Source of the DNA: Takakia lepidozioides
Taxonomy: Eukaryota > Plantae > Bryophyta
Assembly (NCBI GenBank): GCA_030704615.1
Contig: CM060734.1
Coordinates: 45,508,001-45,572,000, forward strand
Direction: 5' to 3'
DNA: 64,000 bases
The first letter of the stretch is position 1. Every line of letters starts with the position of its first letter. The notes beneath the pieces are model-generated. The model did not search any database. It saw only the letters and a list, made by a program, of their open reading frames with translations, and was not told where the DNA came from. Positions 23,853 to 35,881 of the stretch are shown piece after piece. The translations under genes and the position numbers were made by a program.

Positions 23853-25737
23853 AGTTTGCCTCATTATATTTAAATTGTTCATTTATTGTTTGATATCTGT
23901 GTGTTTGAGATGCCTCTCATTTTACAATAATTGGGACGTTATGGCGCACGCGCGAGCTGACCGGTGGGCCCCGCGCACGGACGCCCGGCTCCCCCAACCC
24001 GGACCCCCCGCCGCTGCGCGCGGTCACCCACCTGCTGCCGCGGCCCCACCAGTCGCGGCAGCCCCGCCCGCGCTCTGGCGCGGCCCCAGTCCGCCCGCCA
24101 GTCCGCTGCCCGTGAGTCCAGTTCCCCTCAGTCCGCCAAATCGCCAGTCTGCCGGCTAGTCCACCCAATAATGTGCCCGTCAGTCCGCCGCCCATGAGTC
24201 CGCTTTCCTCCAATCCACTGATGATGCCGCATCTGGACCGTCCGTTCGAAAATGCCATCTGAGCCCTCCATTTTTAGGGCATGAATTGAAACCTTATCCC
24301 TGTCACTTGCCAGCAGCCGCGAACGTGCGCACTAATGCTCATTGCATGTTGTCCATCGTGTCCAGTGTACTGCGGCGCATTTCTTGCAGGTTCTGAAGCG
24401 TATCCTCTGTACTGTAGAGGGCATGGACGTGGAAGCAGAAGGTGATGATATACTAAAAACGGGATGCTGGATTATACGGCCTCTTCGACAAAGTTTGCAA
24501 ACACCCAAACCAGGACCCTTCAACAGGAAGGACCTCCAATGGAAGAGAGACACGCTTGGTTATATGGGTGCCAGACAGAATGTTCTAAAGGCCTGCATAC
24601 CGTGGGATAGAGTTGATGACTTTATCCTTGGAAAGGAGAGTTTGGTGGACTACCCCACTCAGTTTCGGGTGAATGTCCATACTAAAGTGCAACCCAGTAT
24701 GCTAAAAGAGCCAAGAGCCAATAGTTCTCTAAACAGTATCATGTGTGCTCCATCCTCATCGTCCTTTTGTAGTCTGATTGCATGTCTGTTGCCATTTTTC
24801 GTACCCACATTCTGTGATTTCATGCTTCCAGAAGTCGATGGATATCCATTGTGATTTTTATGTCCAGGTATCAATGCTGTTATGGTCCTAATGACAAGCG
24901 CACCAACAATGCGATAGTGGAGGATCCGAAACTGAAACGTGGAGGACCTCTTCTGGGTGCTGTAACATCTCACCATCATAAAGGCCCAAGGATAAAGAAG
25001 TCGGAATATGGAGAGTCTTACAAGCGTGGTTGTCAGTGCTGTTTCAAGGTCTAGCAATGCTATCTCGCCCCCGACATTTGTGTCCTCACGTACTACAACA
25101 ATATGGAGCATACGCGAAAAGGAACCCCTGTCATGGGAAGTCCGTTGAGTTGAGGAACACTCGCCACGCCTACGCACCACACATTAGCGAGGAATTGAAA
25201 GCATGGGTCATGGAGTGTCTGTGCCGAGGCCTGTCAGTCACCTAAATCATGATAGAACATAAAGAGCACGTCATGAACAACACCGGGTTGGGGGATGCAT
25301 GGACACGAGACGATTTTTTACTAGAGCTGGATGTGCGCAACCTGGCCGAGAAACGGGCGTGACAAACGTTCAAAAAACATGCCAACGATGCAGAGAGTGT
25401 CCGCATGTGGAAAGACCAGAACCCGAAATCGGTCTTCTTCTATCAAGAGGAAAAATTGACGCCAACATTCAAGCACTACGATGGCGACTTAACATTCACA
25501 ATCGGCATACAGACTGAGTGGTAAAAGAAGCGAATGCTTCAATTAGGCCATGTCCGTATCGTTGCATGCGATGCAACCTTCGGGACAAATCACCACAAGG
25601 TACTTTTCATCCCTTTCACAATTTATCCACTTGCAGAAGTAGTGGATGTATCTGACATTCTGCATTTGAACAGTTCCCATTGTACACGTTGATGGTCTTC
25701 GACGAGTGGCTTAACGGTATACCAGTTGCGTACATCA

Positions 25738-26898
25738 GAGGGCAGCTACCGTGTAAGCAGCTCACGCTTAAAGTGGAAAACGTGAGCAGAATCCCTAAAG
25801 TGTGAGCAGATTTCAAGCGTGAGCAGATTAGTGAATGGGAGCCTACAACCGAGGGAAGAAGAAGGCCTATTGCCGTGGACAAAAACTACAATGCACGGAC
25901 GCATGCACACCCCATCCGACAGGACAATCCAAGCTTCATGACGACCATATGGTACGAATGTGCGATGAAAAAGCCGACGGATGAATGGTTCCAGGATGAA
26001 TGAAAAGTGGAAAGGATGAATGGTGGATGACTGTTGGATGAGAAATGAGTGAAATGGATGAACCATGACTTCGTTTTTGTTTCACGCGGAGCAATTGCAT
26101 CTCGAGTGTGTTCTGAATTTCAGATTTGTCGGCTGATCCTGGCAGTACTTACTTTGAGGGAACTTGAAGGAAACTGCTGAAGTTACAAGGCAATTACATA
26201 CAGGAGTAAATTTGAGTTACCTATGGACTCTTCTGATGGGGGTGGGGCTGCAAAGGAGGGAGGAGGATAGAACATGAGAAGTGGAGGACAAAACAAAAAT
26301 CGCAGAAAAATTCCTCCAAAAACAATGAACCCAAAAAATTGAGCCCAAAAAAACTTTGAAGGCGGTGTGTGTCCAAGTGTTGTCAACGACATCTTAATTC
26401 CCACCTCCTGTTGCCACAAACATTTCATGGAAAATCCCAAACAACTAGAAAATTTGAATCCAACAAAACTACAAAGCTGACACATGTGCAGGTCGCGGCG
26501 ATTAAGGTGTCGTCAACGACATCTTAAATCCCACTAGCTGCTGCCACATGTCTTTTCAGATTATGGCCCAAAAATGGAATAAACAGAAATCCAACAAAAC
26601 TTTGAAGGCAGTGCGTGTGCAAGTCGGGGCGATTAAGGTGTCGTCAACGACATCTTAATTCCCACAACTTGTTGCGATATGACAGTTCATGGAAAAACCC
26701 AAAAAACCAGAAAAAAATGAATCTAGAAAAGCTTTGAAGGCGGTGCGTGTATAGGGGGGATTAAGGTGTCGTCAACGACATCTTAATTCCAACAACCTCA
26801 ACAGAATTTTCAAGGCGGTGCGTGTGCAGGTTGGAGGGATTAAGGTGTCGTCAACGACATCTTAATTCCCAGCAAGTTTTCAAAAAACCAAAAAAAAC

Positions 26899-26954
<56 letters not shown>

Positions 26955-28038
26955 CCGCCCCCCCCCCCCCCCCCCCCCCCCGAATGTGGCAGATTAAGGT
27001 GTCGTCAACGACATCTTAATTTTCCAAAACAAAAAACAAAACAAAAAAAAAAAAACGGTTTTTTCTTTTTTTGAACCCCCCGAATGTGGCAGATTAAGGT
27101 GTCGTCAACGACATCTTCATTAGTTTTCCAAAAACAAATAAAATAAAAATAAAAATAAACCGTTCTTTTTTTTATTTTTTCTCGTCGAATGTGGCAGATT
27201 AAGGTGTCGTCAACGACATCTTAATTCCCAGTACGAGTTGGCACATGACAATTCATGGAAAAACCAAAAACCCCAAAAAATTTCACCCAAAAAATTTCAA
27301 CCCACAAAAATCTGATGGCGAACAAGCCTTGGCGGTAAGGTGGTGTGTGTGCAGGTGCTAGGGATTAAGGTGTCGTTAACAATATCTTAATTCCCAGTAC
27401 GAGTTGGCATATGACAATTCATGGAAAAATCAAAAACCCCAAAAACATTCACCCAAAAAAATCTTATGGCGTACAAGCCTTGGCGGTAAGGCGGTGTGTG
27501 CAGGTGCTGGGGATTAAGGTGTCGTCAACGACATCTTAATTCCCAGTACGTGTTTTGAAATTTTTATTTATAAAGCACGAGTTCACCTCTCTGCCTTCTT
27601 TAGATTTGGGTGTGAGCCTTTCACTCAACCTTGGATACCTGGAAAAATGACAAGTAACCCCTCCTCAATCCACAAAGCAATGTGGATTCATTGTTGGCAA
27701 TATACACTGCACTTTCACAATTGATTTGCAAGCAAGACTAGCATGGTTTAAAGGATTTCGGAGCTCGGGGGATTTCAGAGCTACTACTACAAAACAACTT
27801 TGTATTATTTCATTTATTTCATTCATCCATGACTCATTCATCATACAGACATTCATCCGCCATTCATCCCAACAGCATCCATAACCGATCCTTGTGATAC
27901 CAGTCACTCTGCGCAGTAATAGGTCTTCTAAGTCGACTGGACGTCCGCGGTTATAGGTAGGCAGGTCCTCAAGCGTGAGCAGATTTCTGCTCACGAAATT
28001 TTCTGCTCGCGGGATCTGCTCACACAATAGCATCCCCC
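25738..28038. mobile_element. Non-autonomous MULE family A element nested in the family B transposase
   Basis: 10-bp TSD GCGTACATCA at 25728-25737 and 28039-28048. Imperfect TIRs GAGGGCAGCTACCGTGTAAGCAGCTC / GGGGGATGCTATTGTGTGAGCAGATC (19/26 match). No recognisable ORF. Confidence 0.92.
26371..27540 (+). repeat. Array of 10 copies of the 28-bp palindrome (ATTAAGGTGTCGTCAACGACATCTTAAT)
   Basis: Copies at 26371 (degenerate), 26501, 26632, 26760, 26839, 26993, 27093, 27198, 27364 and 27513. Confidence 0.95.
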
Positions 28039-28387
28039 GCGTACATCATATGCGCGCGTGAGCGGACAACAGACCTGGTGCCGTGGATGGCAGCCTTGCG
28101 GGACTCTCTCCTCGCAGAAATGTCGGACTGATGACCCAATGCCTTCATTGTGGACGATGCCGACGCCGAAATAAATGCCATTACGTAAGTTTCACGTACC
28201 CTCATGTACACAAGTCCGTCGTCTGCGTCCATTGTCTGTCTCTTCGGCAAGTCCCCTGCCATACAACGCAGTCCTGGCTGCAAGTCCGGCCCATTCATTT
28301 CTGCAAGTCTGTTGGCAAACCAGTCCGCTGGTAATGTCCTCTAGCGAAGTCCGCTGGAAGACTCACTTGCGCAAGTACGCTGCAAGG

Positions 28388-29520
28388 TCAGTCTGCTCGG
28401 GTGTGCTGCCAGCAACGTCTGGGTAAGTCTGCTGCCGGTCTCCTAAGTGTTGGGGCACCAACCCTCTTCCCTGTTTTGCGTAAGACCTTGGGTCGCGTTT
28501 TCCATGCCTCAACGAAATCTCGTTTCTTTTTCAGCGACATATTGTTGTTGTCATTTACAGGACGGAAACTTTTTGCTGCCGCAGGGTGCAACATTCTTGC
28601 AGCACTCTTGGCGAGAATATCAACAAGCTGCCCCCTACAGATACGAAGAAAAGACAACACATGTTTCTGCAGGTATTTGTCGTCCCCAACAATGCGAAGC
28701 AACTCGAGAAAGATGAGCCCACCGCGATCTGCCGTGAAGATAATAACGCCAGGTGCCCAAACATGTATTGGCCCCTGGATTGACACTTGGGGTCAATCCT
28801 ATATTAATATATAAAAGCTAGCTATTTCCTAGCTAACTTTACACTAGTGGTAAAATAACTTGACAGGTATGAGGCGCAATGTGCCAGGACAGACTCCACT
28901 GGTAGTCTCTTTCGACTGGACTTCGTCCACGTGAACCCTCGACTGGTCAGACAAGACAATGTCGACGGGAGATGAGACACCTCCTAGACCTGCGAATTCA
29001 TCATTCCGAATGATGTCTGCAGACGGCTCAGCAGACTGGCTCTCACTCGAAGTACTAATGATTTGTGTCTGCTGCATAGACCGTCTCCCTGGCACAATCC
29101 GTGACACTTCTCGACTGCCTTGGGGACGAGTCTGCTGTTGAGATTTCGCCCTCGCCTCCTGAGCAGACCTTGCAGCCTTTTCTCTTTCCTTCTTATGGGC
29201 CCCATCACTAAGTTTCCTTTTTCTGGGAGCCACAGGCGATGGCGATGTCAGGTCATGCACATCTTGCATTGAAACATCTGAACCCACCCCATACCGTGCG
29301 CGCACCTCCGCCAAAGTGCGGGCCTTTGGGTTTGCGCCACAGAGTCTGGCGGTGGCCGCATTCACCACCCTCATTGAACTTTGAACTGGCCACGGCTTGA
29401 AGCCAGGTGGGATATAGCGCTTGTTTTTGCAACCCGTGTCAACACAATGGCGGTTTAGCTGCACTTTGTCCTTGATAATTTCACTACAGAAGGGACAGTG
29501 GAGCTTATCCTTCTGCCAGT
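28388..29520 (-). pseudogene. Probable second (accessory) gene of MULE-B, convergent with the transposase; zinc-finger-like N-terminal motif
   Basis: Open frames 28844-29520 (LHCPFCSEIIKDKVQLNRHCVDTGC) and 28388-28786; no family recognised. Confidence 0.4.
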
Positions 29521-30049
29521 TGGAGTCTGCAAGCTTGATTGCGCGGAGCGGGCGGACTGGCCGCGCCGGACTGGGGGCGGGGCTGCCGCGGGCGCGGCTG
29601 GTGGGGCCGCGACAGCATGTGGGCGACCGCGCGCAGCAGCGGGCGGGGGGTCCGGGTGGGGGGAGTCGGGCGTCCGTGCGCGGGGCCCACCAGTCAGCTC
29701 GCGCGTGCGCCATAACGTCCCAATTATTGTAAAATGAGGGGCGTTTGAGATGGTGCTGGTTATTGTCACTTTGTTTTTCCCTAATGTGTTATTCTTTTGT
29801 AGGAGACCAAAACTATAAATATGTGGAATTTGCAGCTTGTAGATATACATTATGGGTGCCTATTTCGCATGAAAGTTTAGGATTTAGGGACATAAATAGG
29901 GACATAAACTCTATAAATGCACCATGTCTCTATATCCGCCAATGGTTTTATTCCGTTTTGAAAACATATAACTCCTGTGACCGCGGTTTAAAAAGATAAA
30001 ACCCCCTGACTGTGGGTTGTGATACGCTCTGCTCACATTTTACTAACCC

Positions 30050-30385
30050 CCCCATCACGTCGGCCTTACCAACAAGGCCACTCCCATCTCTCACCGTTCA
30101 TATTATAGAATTCACATTCTACCATGATAGGTACCAAGACCAATCAATTACATATAAATGTGACAAATACGAACCCCTCATAACGGCCCTTTCGTCAGCA
30201 TGGATGGAATGTGGCCCCCTTGACTATTATCACCGCATGTCAAGGGGTGCACATAGCCATAATATCCACATCCTAAAAGAAAACCTTAAACTACTTTTTA
30301 ACCACACCACCTCCTTTCTACCATCCATTTTTCAACTATCACATCACTCGCTTTCTAATCCTGAACAAGCGCAAGATTGAAAGTG
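30050..30385 (+). mobile_element. 3' remnant of a restriction-like-endonuclease LINE (Dualen/R2-group-like)
   Basis: Across frameshifts it reads VHIIEFTFYHDRYQDQSITYKCDKYEPLITAL..GWNVAPLTIITA..RGA...LILNKRKIE, resembling C-terminal REL domains. Confidence 0.5.
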
Positions 30386-32875
30386 GTCAGCTGGTCAGCT
30401 GGCCACTGTGCAATTGGTCCCAATGCTGATAGAGCCCACCCCTCAAAAGGGGCAGTACCTGCAAGGGGAACTATTGACCACTATGCTCTTATTTACGCTA
30501 ACTCCGGCTGGCGTCATTTGTATATATGTATGTGAATGATGTTGAGTTTCCATGTTGACACCATGAACTTTTTCTTCTATTGGCCTTCAGCAGGGCATCC
30601 GCGGTCAAAATTGACCGTGTACTGACTATTACGCAATGTAATGGGCGAGGGAGATGACATTGTGCCAAGTTTACGCCGCCCACCTTGAAAAAGTGTCTCA
30701 CCGCCGTCGGGGTAGCCACTTTTCTTGGCAGTCAGCTCAACAGAATATCATCTGCTAGCCTATTCCATGGTACAGTCAAATCTTATAAAATCAAGTGGTG
30801 TTTTTATGTAAAATTTACCTTTGCTATTAATTTGCCGGAAATCAAGTGGTGTTTTACCACTGTGGATGAGGTTGAACCATTTGACGGTGGGGTGTGATAG
30901 GAGAGATTTTGGAATTGCTAGATTCTTTGACTATGTAGAGTTACTTTGTATAGGGGAATGCAACTCAAAATTTTATTCATTCCCTCTCAACTCTGTACCC
31001 CCCTTATCACTTTAAAAGATGCACGTTGTAAAGATAAAGAAAAAAACCATGGAATGCACTGGTCGCCATAGCCATGCTATTCTATGTAATAATCGCCATA
31101 AAAATACACTACGCAAAATTTTGAGGTGCTTTATGAGACCATGTAACTTAGTGTGGAATATTCGCAATGTAAGTAGAGATGCGGCCATGTTTCTCTTGGG
31201 GTCGAGCGGAGCATATTGTTCAATGTTGTCAAGTATAGTGCTGGCCAAAATAGTTTACCTATGTATTGTCCATATTGGAATTGGAATGTTTGTTGGCTCT
31301 CTTGTAGAGAGAGACTTGGCGGAGACATGCAAGTCAGTGGAGAAAATGTAGTCAAAGTACCTTACACCGTGTCAAGAGGCTGATTGGTGTGTTGTGCCGA
31401 GTCACGCTCCCTAGTCTTACCTTCTCTTATGTTGTGCCAAAGCAAAGCAAGAGAGCCAATTGCCGTTTGAGGCTTGTTTGATTTGTGCATTAGATATATA
31501 TAGGAGATGCTGAAAAACAACCCAGTTGGATATGTATGGATTGGTGCAAGTGGCAAGAGGCTTGAGTTTGTTCCTTGGTTTCTCCTACCATGAAGGTATG
31601 CAAGTCTCTTATAGGAGCTATGTCTGAGAATCTAGCTTTGGTAGAGATAGCAATAAAAGGGAAATGTGTGATATATGGATTGGCTCATATGAGGGGTGCA
31701 AAATTGGTTGTATGGCTCCAAAATACGCTAGTTGATCAACCCGAAATAGGGTTGAGAAGGAAGCTTACCTAGTCTTTTTGTCGTTTTGTTTTGTTGGCTC
31801 TGTCCCTTCAGGACAGAGATTTTGCATCGTGTTGAAGTGAATGGAAAATGTGGTCAACGGACCTTACACCGTGTCAAGAATATGATTGGTCTAAAAAAGC
31901 TCTTAAGTATAAACCACGTGGCAGCTTGTCAAAATTGTTGCTTCAATGGACAGAAAAATAATAAATGCATGGAGTTCATGCAAGCCCCGCCGTATAGTAA
32001 TTATGAATAGGTAGTAAAAATCTGGAAGATTACATAATTAGTCTAAATATCAAGGTAACAGGATTTGAGCCCTGAATCACCCAGGTGGCATAATATCCAA
32101 TGGACTTTCATTTATGGCATGCACAAGAAGTTGAACGGATGTCATTCATTAAAAGACAGAATATTCTCTTGACAACTGTCTTGGTCGAATTGGAAGTCTA
32201 ATCGAAAGTATCGGTGCTAAAACAGCTGAAACACATTACGCAGTCTTACCTAAGGAAGGCAGGGCCAAAAATAAAAAAATGGACAGAGCCTCTCCCAGTT
32301 TGGGGCTTGTTTAGTTTTGGGGACATGGTTGCAATATTTACTAAATGCATGGATGTGGGGTAAGGATACAACACCATCTCAGACTTGGATATTGAATGAT
32401 TGCTGGTGCACCAATCGAACTGCTAGCCATATTTCAACCTAATATGTTTAGCAATTGAGTGACTTACTATTGGAATGACAAATTTGTCATGGAGGCGGTC
32501 TATCATGGCAGATTGCAAATACTAAACTTCCGAAGCCAATTAAACATTCACCATCCGCAAGGGCATGAGACTGGTGTTGACAGTACCATCCATAATTCGG
32601 CGGCTGCAAGCTTAATCAGTGCATACAGCTGATGATAGACACGAGGAAAGACATGCTTACTTGACTTTGCTTGCTGTAGCCTGCACCCAACAGAAAAGGG
32701 GACACGGCAAACCATTGTCTGTGTGTGTCCCAAAGAGAGACAGATTACATAGTTTTAACTTGTCTTTTCCTCAATTCCCACTGGGCTATCACACATGATA
32801 CCTCCTTGAAAGTCTCTACATAGTAAATACATCTATGAATGTGCTGCGTTAAGCTATATTGACAGAGGACTATAT

Positions 32876-35827
32876 TCAGATGAAACAATCATGTGAAAAG
32901 TTTAGTAGTGTCTGGCGCTGCTTAGCCCGACAGGAGAGATCGCCTGGGCTGCAAAACTTTTTTATCTGTCCCACCACCCTTCAATTCAATGAGCTCCTCT
33001 CTCTCTCTTTAATACCTCCCTCCTTACTCAGTATAATGACAGTATCTGAGACCAGATAAAAACACTCTTACATAAAAAGGGGCCCATTGAAGGTACTTGC
33101 ACTAAATAGATGTTGGAGCAATTGCTGTGATGTAAAGTTGGTAACTTACTCTTAGGATATCACATTGTGCAGATTTCCAACACCTGCACTTCACACCACC
33201 TAAGAAGGAAGGAAGAAAAGGAGAATACAACATTAACAGAGGACAGATGAAACACACCTGGCCAGCATGCTTACGCATTTGACGCCAGCGTGACATTTGA
33301 TACTCATCATCTGGTTCAAGCCTCCGCCCGAGGTAGTATCTACAAAACCTGCTACACAAGACTCTGTCCTTAGAATCCAACTCCTTACACTTGCATAATA
33401 TCTTCTAATGACAGCTTCCAGTGCTGGCTTTATGACACAGATGCAAGACTGCTTGCACAACAGGAGTGACTCATTCACATTACACTTTCTTGTACATTGG
33501 CCTGACCCTTCCTGTGACTATCATCAATGGTAGGAGTCTGATCCTCAGCTATTGGAGACAAAATCTACTCCTACTTACTCGGTGACAATTGATTACTCTA
33601 TTGATTAAAAAGGCCTATAACCTCACAACAGCTACTATGGCTTATCAACATCCACATTTCCCAACCCCATCAACCCTAGCATGAAAGAAGCTAACATTTT
33701 GTCCTCTGTTCCTTTACAACCTTTTCGAAAGTGGGAACTGGAAAGCTTAAGCATGCACTGCATGATAACGCCCAAATGGCAAGACTGGTTTGTTTTCAGT
33801 GTCTAGACGAAAGTTGAACTTCCAAATATCGTTTAAGGCCCGCATTGATACTTGGACAGCTGTCATTTCGAGAGTATCACAACAAAAAGTCCAGTTGCTG
33901 GAACAGTTCAATAGCATTGTCAAATAGAATGCATGATAGAGAGAAACATATGCACTACTAGCCTTGTAGAGAAGATTGCAGCAGCAAGCATGGAAACGAG
34001 GCATACCATTGAAACCAACCATGTGGATCTTTCTTTGGAATCCACCCTCTCTTCCGTGGTTCCTGCCAAATTCAGTATCATACTTTAGGCTCTTACACCA
34101 AGCAAACCAGAAGGGGCAATTTTGAAAGGACAAGATTCAACACAAGCTAAATTGTTTGGCAGATTCCATCAACTGCTAAAAGTGTGCCTGTCAAAGCGAC
34201 GAAATTGAAGTATTCCAGGTCTCTCGATTATGTAGCAGAAAGCTGTCAGAGAGTCTGGAAATGTCATCTACATCAACAGACAACTCTTATGGAAAGACCC
34301 ACAACCACATTAGAATTCCCTACTAGTTACAGAGTACAACAAGGGTCAACTACTAGTTATACACCACCGTAAGAATCTTTCTCCTCAGCCTGCGTATAAA
34401 GCTTCTTAGCTCCAATTATTACCTTGGCAGGATGAGTACTTTTCACTTTGAAGTGGTTTTTAGCCTCATCAGGGCCCCCGAGTGCGAGCGTCTCATTCTT
34501 TAGGGCATCCTCGTACCTGACGCCCTCACTCATCAGTTAACCATCTTATTAAAACATCATCCTAGCGCAACCCCCCCCCCACCAAAACCCTTCTCCTCTC
34601 CGTCTCATGATGAAGTTTGTATATAATAGGCAAGTCCTAAGAATTTTACTTAAAACTGAGAGTTTTACTTAAAGGCACCCACATCTCGTCTGCTAGTCCG
34701 CAATGCCCCTAAAAATGTAGGACAAACTCTGTTCCCTAAAAATAAGTGGGTTGAAGTTGAAACATTGGGGAAGGACAGTGCCTGAAGCAGGAGCTAAGAA
34801 GGAACCTTAAGCCAAGAAGAAAACAACTTCCAATACTAAAAAAGGATATAATATTTACAAGAGGTTCATTGCTTCAGAATCAGAATAGTATGGCAGCTGC
34901 TGAAAGTAAAGTCAAATCCAGTTATAGGAGGCGGACCATTCTTTTGGAAGCTCAAAAATGCAATCAGGGATAGCATGGCCGTCAAAGATGCCAAGAGCAA
35001 GCATCTCCCGAGGAGAGAATTTGGGTGTAAAACCCTCCGCAAAGTCCTTGCCTATAGGTGCTGTTAGCTCATACTCGTAGTCACTTTGCATCAAATCCTC
35101 CACCACAATAGTATCACCTACGTGGAAATCAGCTTCAGATCTCCCATGCTCTTCTAATACCTGCAATGAGATTAGCCTTTATCAAGTCTTGACCAGCTCT
35201 GATGAAGTTTTGTAGAGAAGGTCAGAATTAAATATCGCTAGAAAATTAAAGCCGTGAATAAGTTCTTCCCATACCCAGAAAGTCCCCTGCAACATCCTCT
35301 CCCCCTTCCTCCCTCTCGGTGTGGGTCTATAGTCACAAGGCTACAGCAAACGTCATCTTATAAGTAAATGTGCAATAAGCAGCCCTGAATCAGTTCTTCG
35401 GATGCCCCACAAATTCCCCTCCAACCTTCTCTCCCCCTTTCTCTCTCTTTGTGTGTGATGTATATACTTGTCCAATAAGCTCCTTGTGCTTTCTCTTGGA
35501 GTTATATACTTTTTTTTTTCTCATGTCTGCCCTTTTATGGACACATTGTGACTTGCCGCAGTGTTCACAGCAGTGCAGGAATTGACATTCTGTCTTCCGG
35601 CGTGATGTGTAAATAGCTCGAATATTACACACTCATCCTCTAAAATGAGATTAGTATCGCTCTGTACCAGCACAAGGGAAATCCAGGATGAGTCCCACAA
35701 GCCGCTCTGGGGGAGTCAGTCACCTGCGGTTCTAAGGTCTTTCATAGGTCTGCAAAGAAAAACACTACACCTATGCATACAGGGAATTGTCTACATAACA
35801 CATTGCACATCAAACACTAATGTTCAG

Positions 35828-35881
<54 letters not shown>

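Larger units (their letters stand above)
24423..28187 (+). pseudogene. MULE transposase pseudogene (SWIM-family type), split by the nested element and 3'-truncated
   Basis: Fragments IPWDRVDDFILGKES, YQCCYGPND, KRGCQCCFKV, PCHG...HAYAPHISEELK, DAESVRMW, FTIGIQTEW, DATFGTN, FPLYTLMVFDEWLNGIPVAYI, then after 28048 ICARERTTDLVPWMAALR...PNAFIVDDADAEINAI. Multiple stops. Confidence 0.85.
23912..29742. mobile_element. Mutator-like element (family B) with ~190-bp GC-rich TIRs and 9-bp TSD
   Basis: TIR GCCYCTCATTTTACAATAATTGGGACGTTATGGCGCACGCGCGAGCTGAC... at both ends. TSD GTTTGAGAT at 23903-23911 and 29743-29751. Confidence 0.95.

Noticed and set aside
23875-24258. ORFs MAHARAD.WAPRTDARLP at both ends of MULE-B (also the start of ORF 28844-29713)
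   Set aside because: They are open frames through the GC-rich TIRs, duplicated because the TIRs are; no coding evidence.
30780-31890. Short direct repeats (AAATCAAGTGGTGTTTT x2; ACCTTACACCGTGTCAAGA..TGATTGGT x2)
   Set aside because: Likely decayed TE debris; no termini or coding signal definable.
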